The notes under the pieces: generated by a model | What the model was told of the DNA's origin: nothing | Databases searched by the model: none | Seen by the model: the letters and a program-made list of their open reading frames with translations, nothing else | Origin: Thermoproteota archaeon | GTDB lineage: Archaea; Asgardarchaeota; Njordarchaeia; Njordarchaeales; Panguiarchaeaceae | Assembly (NCBI GenBank): GCA_024720975.1 | Contig: JANJXX010000001.1 | Coordinates: 223,408-287,407, forward strand | Reading direction: 5' to 3' | Length of the DNA: 64,000 nucleotides | Translations under genes and position numbers: made by a program | Shown here: positions 57,344-64,000 of the stretch, one piece after another | Layout: the number at the start of each line of letters is the position of its first letter | Position numbering within the stretch: position 1 is the first letter of the stretch

Positions 57344-58276
57344 TTACAACTTGCGGGTTAGTATTTCTATTTCTTCCTTTTTTACTAAGATTGTTTCTTC
57401 AGACTGAGCTACCGAACCACTTCTCTCCTTAAGAACGGGGTATTTTATTAAGAGTCCATTTTGATCCAGTATAGAGAGAGCTATTCTTACTGTGGTATTA
57501 TCAAAAACCTTATTCAAATGCCTAATACTCACGGGTAATGCCTTTCTGTTTTTAAACAACCAAAAGAAAACTTCGCGAACATCTCGCAAGTGTATGGGTA
57601 GTTTGAGTCTACCAGAGACCTCTGCAAAAACGCTGGGTAATGAATATATTCTAACGTCGTCCGAAGGATAAGCGAATCCTTCACCATTTGTAACAAATAC
57701 TTCTATGGCATAGATTTCTCCCTCTTTGAATGTCCCTTCGACGTTAATGCTAGGATCTATTGGTACCTCTTTGTCTGTGTGAAGCTTCCACCTCTCTATT
57801 TTGTGCCCATGCAAATTCGAGATCACTTTGAAACCCCTCGACTTTACGAAGTCATGCACTGCACTTGCAACATTAGCAATGGGTTCATTAGCTTTAATGT
57901 TCTTAAGAGCAACTTCCAGGGCTTCGTTAGCAGTTTCAATAAGGGCTTTTTTATCTGTATCCTCACCTAAGTAAAGCGAGAATGCTTTGTCAAGTATGTA
58001 TCCATCAACACACACTCCAAGATCTATTTTCACAATTTCATCTTCTGGTATTACCGTGTTCTCACCCATTAGCGGCGTGTAGTGCGCAGCGATATTTCCT
58101 ATAGCTATATTTACCGGAAAAGCCCACATGCCACCGAGCTCGATTATTTTTTGTTCTATCCCCTCTGCAATGTCGAGTATTTTACTGCCACTGGTGATAT
58201 TTTTCGAAATTGAATCAAGCACATCAAAAAGAATTCTTTGAGCTTTTTCCAGACATGATTTTTCATAGTCTTCCAT
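57344..58276 (-). CDS. map: methionine aminopeptidase type II
   Basis: AFPVNI, AAHYTP, KIDLGV.VDGYI.D.A, NLHGH, AIEVF. Confidence 0.95.
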   Translation of the reverse strand: MEDYEKSCLEKAQRILFDVLDSISKNITSGSKILDIAEGIEQKIIELGGMWAFPVNIAIGNIAAHYTPLMGENTVIPEDEIVKIDLGVCVDGYILDKAFSLYLGEDTDKKALIETANEALEVALKNIKANEPIANVASAVHDFVKSRGFKVISNLHGHKIERWKLHTDKEVPIDPSINVEGTFKEGEIYAIEVFVTNGEGFAYPSDDVRIYSLPSVFAEVSGRLKLPIHLRDVREVFFWLFKNRKALPVSIRHLNKVFDNTTVRIALSILDQNGLLIKYPVLKERSGSVAQSEETILVKKEEIEILTRKL

Positions 58277-58299
58277 ATTTTAAGTCCCCTTGGAAATGG

Positions 58300-58710
58300 C
58301 TATTCCGTCCGCCGGGCCCGAGTGATAATAGGCTTGCCACCCATAAACCAGACTTCAACCATTGTTCCCTCTTGAAGCTTCCCAAGGAGCTCGTCATCAG
58401 CCACTGGTGCTTCGAATTGCTCAAAGGTTTCCAGGTCCATAAGTTCAACATATCTTCCGCGAATACTCAGAACTTGGGCCTCTTTTCTCGCAACTATTGG
58501 TACTTCAATCTTATCTCCAGTAGACTTAATTATGGTGCGTTTTTGACCAGTAAAGACGCCTACAGCAACAATTCTCGCTTTCGCAGCTCCATGCTTACCC
58601 AGCTTCGATTTTGAGATTTCAACTATTTTGCAGGGCTCACCGTCGATCATAATGTACGTTCCAGTTTTTAGGGCACTAACTGGTTTGTAGGTTATCTCTT
58701 CTTCGGACAT
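58300..58710 (-). CDS. eif5a: translation factor aIF5A
   Basis: IDGEPC, SK.GKHG.AK hypusine motif. Confidence 0.97.
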   Translation of the reverse strand: MSEEEITYKPVSALKTGTYIMIDGEPCKIVEISKSKLGKHGAAKARIVAVGVFTGQKRTIIKSTGDKIEVPIVARKEAQVLSIRGRYVELMDLETFEQFEAPVADDELLGKLQEGTMVEVWFMGGKPIITRARRTE

Positions 58711-58835
58711 AACTTGTCACCTTCATCCTAACGCAAACTTCAATATTAAAGCTTTGAATAAACCTAATATTAAATGTAGTGTTATTTTAAATCCTACCAC
58801 ATAGCATTTATTTAAACCATCTATTGGACACTCAT

Positions 58836-58885
58836 ATGATGACACGAACAGACTCTGACTAATGATGATGGAAGAGCCACTCTGA
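58836..58885 (+). ncRNA. box C/D methylation guide sRNA
   Basis: ATGATGA CACGAACAGACT CTGA CTA ATGATGA TGGAAGAGCCACT CTGA: all four boxes consensus; TTTATTTAAA upstream. Confidence 0.92.
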
Positions 58886-58912
58886 AAAATTCTTTCAACG
58901 GGTGCGGGGATT

Positions 58913-61843
58913 ATGGAAAAGCTCACTTTGGAGTACTTACGCACAATTGAGAGGAAATGGCAACAAATATGGAAGGAGAGAAACATCTATGAGGCTGACG
59001 CTGATCCTAAAAAACCTAAGTTCTTCCTGACTGTTCCATATCCTTATACATCGGGTCCTTTACATATAGGACACGGTCGTACATATGTTCTAGGCGACAT
59101 TATTGCGCGATTTAAGCGATTGCTTGGCTTCAATGTTCTCTTCCCAATGGCTTTTCACGTTACAGGAATGCCTATACTCTCCATAAGTGACCGAATAAGT
59201 CGAGGGGATAGAAAAACTATAGACCTGTACCGGACTTATGTTCGGCTTTACATTGATAATGAAGAGGAAGTCGAAAGAGTTTTAGAATCCTTCAAGGATC
59301 CTATTAATGTTGCAACATTCTTTGCCGATAACATTCAGAAGGATTTTGAGTCTATAGGATTAAGCATTGACTGGAGGAGAAAATTTCACACGGCTGAACC
59401 AATATATAATAAATTCATTGAGTGGCAGTATTATCGCTTGAAAGACCTGGATCTATTAAAGAAAGGCACACACTACGTACGTTACTGTCTTCTCCATAAA
59501 CAACCAGAAGGCGAGGATGATATAGAAGATGGTGATGTTAATCCAGTTCATATACAGGAATTCGTAGCAATAAAGTTTAAATACGAGGATGGATACATAC
59601 TAGCATCGACTCTTCGACCAGAAACCCTTTATGGAGCAACTAACATGTGGGTCAACCCAAATGCGACATACGTCAAAGTGCGCGTTCATAACGGTGAAAT
59701 CTGGTACATTTCGAGGGAGAGTCTAATCAAACTGAAACACCAATATCCCTTTGAGTTCGAGGCCATCGAGGACACCATAGGGAGTGCATTCGTTGGTAAA
59801 TACGTAGAGAGCCCATTAGGAGACAAATTAGTCATATTACCAGCATCATTTGTTGATCCTGACAGGGTTACCGGCTTTGTCTACTCAGAACCAGCTGATG
59901 CTCCGTATGATTATGCTGCCCTAATGGATCTTAAGAGAAACCCTGATACCCTGAGAAAGTATGGTGTGGATCCCTCGATTCTGGATAGTATCAAACCTAA
60001 GAAGATTATCGAGGTCAAGGGCATATCTGGACTTCATGCCGAGTATGTAATAAATAAATACAACATTAAGAATCAGTTAGATCCATCACTTCAAGATGCT
60101 ACTGAGGAGGTTTATAGGGAGCAGTTCTATAATGGCACTATGAATGAGAATGCAGGCGAGCTGGCTGGCTTACCTGTAATTATTGCACGGGATAGAATAA
60201 GAGAAAAGCTAATCAGAGAAAATAAGGCAATAATCTTCTATGAAACCTCTCGAAAAGCTGTTTGCAGGGGAAAAGGCAAGATCATTATCGCACGAGTAGA
60301 TAATCAATGGTTTTTGGATTACTCCTCTGAGTGGTGGAAAAAGAAAACAAAAGAACATTTTAAGAGAATGTTAATTGTTCCAGAGAAATACCGAAAAGTC
60401 TTCGAGGACGCCATAGATTGGCTTAAATTCAGGCCTTGTGCTAGATTAAGAGGTTTAGGAACACGTTTACCTTTCGATAAGGAGTGGCTAATAGAGTCAT
60501 TAAGCGATTCAACGATTTATATGGCTTTTTACACAATAGTCCATATAATAAGAAGCTCCAATATAGACCCAGAACAATTAACTCCAGAAGTCTTTGACTT
60601 CATCTTTCTGGGACACGGCGATCCGGCGGCGATATCCACTAAAACAGGTATACCCATAGATACCTTAGAGAAGATGCGAAGAAGTTTTGAATACTGGTAC
60701 CCAAACGATCTAAGACACACGGCAACACCGCACATATCAAATCACCTAACGTTTTTCATCATGCATCACATAGCATTGTTCCCAGAAAAATACTGGCCTA
60801 GAGGAATTTCACTCAACGAATTAGTTATATGCGAAGGCCAAAAAATGGCGAAATCTCGAGGAAACGTTATACCTCTAGTAGATATAGCTAAGAAGTATAG
60901 CGCAGATTTATTTAGATTATACGTTGCTAGCAGCGCCGATCTCGATGGTGTTGTAGATTGGCGGGAAGTCGAAGTAGCTCGGCTTGAAAGAAGTCTATTA
61001 TCATTCATGAGAATTTGTCTAGATGCGACAAAAATTGAGGAAGCGGATACTAGCGTTATTGAAAAGCCTGCAGTTCGATGGTTCTTATCAGTTTTCTATC
61101 GGCATCTTGAAAACGCTAAAACTTTGCTCGAAAATTTCAAGATAAGAGACTACATAACCTCAATGTACTATGAGATCATAAACTACATAGACAAGATAAA
61201 GAAGCGTATCGGGGAGCATGATGCGCTGAAAGCCGTTAGATTGATTCTAAAGGATTGGATTATAGCATTAAGCCCGGTTATTCCACATATTGCAGAGGAA
61301 ATTTGGTCAAGGATAAACCGCGATCCCCTTAAATGGAGCATTAATTTAGAGCGTTGGCCAGAGACTCGGAAAGAATTCATAAACGAGAGGCTAGAAGCTC
61401 TTGAAGACATCTTAGGGAACCTAATAAGCTTGGGTAGAGAACTTAAGAGACTACTTAAAAGCCCCGTGAGCTCCGCCCTAATAGTTGTTGCTGCCGAATG
61501 GAAATTTGAAGTACTAGATCTCTTACGTGAAAAATTCCTCAAAGGTGGCACAAGGGATCTAAAGCAAATGCTTGGCCAAGTAAGAGAGAAGGAGAGTTTA
61601 AGAAAGCATATTGAACAAGTCGCGGAGATATTAAAGAAGGTGTTTGAAGGAAAGATAAAGGTACCAGAGGTTGAGTTAACCCAAAGAGATGTTTATGAAT
61701 ACTTACAACAGAATCGGGAACACATCGCTCGCGAGTTGGATGTAGCCTCAGTTGAGATAATAATCGAAGAAACTGCTACACCTGATATTAGGGATAGAGC
61801 ACAAAGATCACTTCCGGACCGACCAATAATAGTTTTTGCATGA
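58913..61843 (+). CDS. leuS: leucyl-tRNA synthetase (archaeal/eukaryotic type)
   Basis: PYPY.SG.LHIGH, TLRPET..G.TN, WLIESLSDSTIY, KMAKS. Confidence 0.97.
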   Translation: MEKLTLEYLRTIERKWQQIWKERNIYEADADPKKPKFFLTVPYPYTSGPLHIGHGRTYVLGDIIARFKRLLGFNVLFPMAFHVTGMPILSISDRISRGDRKTIDLYRTYVRLYIDNEEEVERVLESFKDPINVATFFADNIQKDFESIGLSIDWRRKFHTAEPIYNKFIEWQYYRLKDLDLLKKGTHYVRYCLLHKQPEGEDDIEDGDVNPVHIQEFVAIKFKYEDGYILASTLRPETLYGATNMWVNPNATYVKVRVHNGEIWYISRESLIKLKHQYPFEFEAIEDTIGSAFVGKYVESPLGDKLVILPASFVDPDRVTGFVYSEPADAPYDYAALMDLKRNPDTLRKYGVDPSILDSIKPKKIIEVKGISGLHAEYVINKYNIKNQLDPSLQDATEEVYREQFYNGTMNENAGELAGLPVIIARDRIREKLIRENKAIIFYETSRKAVCRGKGKIIIARVDNQWFLDYSSEWWKKKTKEHFKRMLIVPEKYRKVFEDAIDWLKFRPCARLRGLGTRLPFDKEWLIESLSDSTIYMAFYTIVHIIRSSNIDPEQLTPEVFDFIFLGHGDPAAISTKTGIPIDTLEKMRRSFEYWYPNDLRHTATPHISNHLTFFIMHHIALFPEKYWPRGISLNELVICEGQKMAKSRGNVIPLVDIAKKYSADLFRLYVASSADLDGVVDWREVEVARLERSLLSFMRICLDATKIEEADTSVIEKPAVRWFLSVFYRHLENAKTLLENFKIRDYITSMYYEIINYIDKIKKRIGEHDALKAVRLILKDWIIALSPVIPHIAEEIWSRINRDPLKWSINLERWPETRKEFINERLEALEDILGNLISLGRELKRLLKSPVSSALIVVAAEWKFEVLDLLREKFLKGGTRDLKQMLGQVREKESLRKHIEQVAEILKKVFEGKIKVPEVELTQRDVYEYLQQNREHIARELDVASVEIIIEETATPDIRDRAQRSLPDRPIIVFA

Positions 61844-61952
61844 TTCTAAAGGTATCAATTATTAATTGCTCCGTTATATACACTTTTATACACTGTGGGC
61901 TAAGTCTAAACGTGCATATATTGCCTAATTGCAATAAATCTTAGCTAGCAGG

Positions 61953-63860
61953 ATGGTTCACATGTCCAGTTCGAGTCTTTTAGATGTGCTTAAAATTATT
62001 GAAGACCGTGAGCTCAAAATCCAAGAGCGTCTTGCGGCAATTAACAAAATACCACAATTAGATTCAAATATTTTAATCGCTAACATTAGACGCATACTAG
62101 AGACATTGACCTATCTAGGAAAGTACGTAGAAATGGGAATTCCATCGGAGCAGGAAACCTATGGAACCCTGCTTTTAATTCTTTCTGAAGTCTTAAAGTT
62201 AGCTCCTAAGTACATTGACGAAACATTTAAATTCCTGAGGAAAATCCATGAAGCGTTCCCGAAGACTCTCTCTGGAAGAGCCTTAACAATGACATTGCAT
62301 GCATTAAAAAATTTTGTGGGCATCAAACACGAAATTATCTTTGACCCTTATGTTAAAGATTTATTTAGAAAAGCTCTAATGAGCAAAGAGCACTATGTGA
62401 GACTGGAGGGGCTCCGCTCATTAATAGATTCTCTATGGATCGTTCCCTGGGCGACTAGTTACTACATGGATCTGTTAAATCTATTAATTTCAAATGAGCA
62501 AGATCCTTTACATGCAACCTTATTCGAAGAGTTAGGTAAAATCGCTAAGAAAAGTTACCTCCCAGTCAGACCTATAGTGCAAATGCTTCTCAAAGAGTAT
62601 ACGATTCCGACAAATATTCCGAAGCATGTAGTGAGATTTATTGCAAACCTCAATATTCCGATATATAAAAGGGAAGACATAAACTCCGTAGGCAAATTGC
62701 TAGAGGAGATAGCGCTCTTACATAAAGATAGCGAGCTGGGGATAATTAGCATATTTGGCTTAGCCAATATGTATAGAAATCCCGCACTTATTGAAGAAAA
62801 ACAACGACTGATTAAACTGCTGGAGCAACTTTCAACGGAGGCTACTAAATCAGCAAATATAAATCTTGCACTGGCTTGCCTAAAGGCCCTATCTATACCT
62901 GCTTGGGGTGATTTAGAAATTCCCGAGAGTATTATAGAAGGACTGTTGTCTGCATATAGTAAGATACAGGACCCCCACCAATGCCACTTATTCATTGATG
63001 CGTTGTTCAGTGTCTATTCGAATTTACCTAGGCTTTCTAGGTTAATCATAGGATTTCTAGTGAACGAGCTTACTAGAATTACGGATATCGAGCTAATGAG
63101 AAAGTTCACTGACACATTAAGTGCAATCGCGAGTTCCGCTCCTCAGGAAAATATAATTAAAGATATCTTGAAGTTCACTTTAGCGGCTTATAACCGCTCG
63201 GATGAGGAGTTTAGCGCATTCATGCGTATTTGGGTTGCAGAAAACGTCTTACTACGCATTGCTAGGACTAATCCACGTATAATACTGGATTCTGCTGATG
63301 AGCTTTTGGATGCATATAGAAAAGTACCTAGTGCAACACTCTACGAGATTTTCTGTAGGATTTTCTTCGAAGCCTTAAAGCTACATCCCAACCATGAAAA
63401 TGCCGTTAAACTTTTGGACTACATCCTCGATGCACCTAACTATGAAGAAACCTATGATACGATACTCAGAATAATTTCAGAACTGGCACATAAATTTAAA
63501 GAACACTTGACTGAGAAATTGGATAAGTTTAGTGCCATTCTAGATGTTATACTAAGAAAGCAAAGGGAAATAACGGATGTTCGGGAGAAATACTACCTAA
63601 TTGACAATGCAATGAAGAATTTAGCACGAATATTGAACACTATAAACCCTGCGGTTAAACCTGAGGTTCTACCAGATTACTGCGATATTTTGCTACTGAT
63701 GTTAATCAACGCGTCAGAAGATGTACTAAAAGATGTTGAATTCTTGCTCAAGAACTTTATAACGGAATCAAATAAAAGGTCCTTTTTAAGTGAGAAAGCC
63801 CGAGAGAAAGCCATTCCTCCTAGAGGATTGGAGGTACTCAAGAGAATAGGGGTTCTTTAA
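61953..63860 (+). CDS. HEAT/ARM-like alpha-solenoid protein
   Basis: 635 aa all-helical; L.S....VR..GL.SL HEAT-like unit. Confidence 0.55.
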   Translation: MVHMSSSSLLDVLKIIEDRELKIQERLAAINKIPQLDSNILIANIRRILETLTYLGKYVEMGIPSEQETYGTLLLILSEVLKLAPKYIDETFKFLRKIHEAFPKTLSGRALTMTLHALKNFVGIKHEIIFDPYVKDLFRKALMSKEHYVRLEGLRSLIDSLWIVPWATSYYMDLLNLLISNEQDPLHATLFEELGKIAKKSYLPVRPIVQMLLKEYTIPTNIPKHVVRFIANLNIPIYKREDINSVGKLLEEIALLHKDSELGIISIFGLANMYRNPALIEEKQRLIKLLEQLSTEATKSANINLALACLKALSIPAWGDLEIPESIIEGLLSAYSKIQDPHQCHLFIDALFSVYSNLPRLSRLIIGFLVNELTRITDIELMRKFTDTLSAIASSAPQENIIKDILKFTLAAYNRSDEEFSAFMRIWVAENVLLRIARTNPRIILDSADELLDAYRKVPSATLYEIFCRIFFEALKLHPNHENAVKLLDYILDAPNYEETYDTILRIISELAHKFKEHLTEKLDKFSAILDVILRKQREITDVREKYYLIDNAMKNLARILNTINPAVKPEVLPDYCDILLLMLINASEDVLKDVEFLLKNFITESNKRSFLSEKAREKAIPPRGLEVLKRIGVL

Positions 63861-64000
63861 TGATTCACAATAATACCACGCTTTAATCGATCCTGCAATT
63901 GAATAACTTTACCAAAATTTAATACATGACCTGCGGTGGATACCAAAATAACCTCATAGTCATTTAAGTTGTCCTCAAGTAATGGGGACTTGTACTCATC

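Noticed and set aside
60841-60860. LeuRS KMAKS instead of KMSKS
   Set aside because: Single conservative variation with both lysines and HIGH intact; not evidence of altered function
63861-64000. Possible 3' end of a minus-strand gene at the window edge
   Set aside because: Too short to identify or support

Overview
Gene-dense archaeal chromosomal segment, mostly informational housekeeping genes. It holds ribosomal proteins in fragmented operons, Rpo2, Rpo6, Spt5, PolD DP1, Orc1/Cdc6, LeuRS, CCA enzyme, aIF1/aIF2-beta/aIF5A, Nop5/fibrillarin/Nop10, SecY/SecE/SRP19 and CarS. Non-coding RNAs are 8 tRNAs (4 with introns, 3 of those at non-canonical positions), RNase P RNA and two box C/D guide RNAs whose guides match the 23S peptidyl-transferase centre. 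Several ORFs that look hypothetical match eukaryotic signature proteins when aligned by eye against remembered human sequences, which points to an Asgard archaeon (inference). The most striking signal is a dispersed, ER-like translocon accessory set: an OSTC/DC2-like protein, a CCDC47 (PAT complex)-like protein, a very Sec61-alpha-like SecY and a TRAP-like Ig membrane protein. Other notable proteins are an ARPC4-like protein, a Vps29-like phosphoesterase, a catalytically dead proteasome beta subunit, an EF-2 paralog without the diphthamide loop and a ParM-like actin-fold ATPase facing an RHH protein. A tRNA-Ala carries A3-U70 instead of G3-U70. No CRISPR array, transposase, integrase or rRNA gene was seen. 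No database searches were run, so all homology calls rest on motif recognition.
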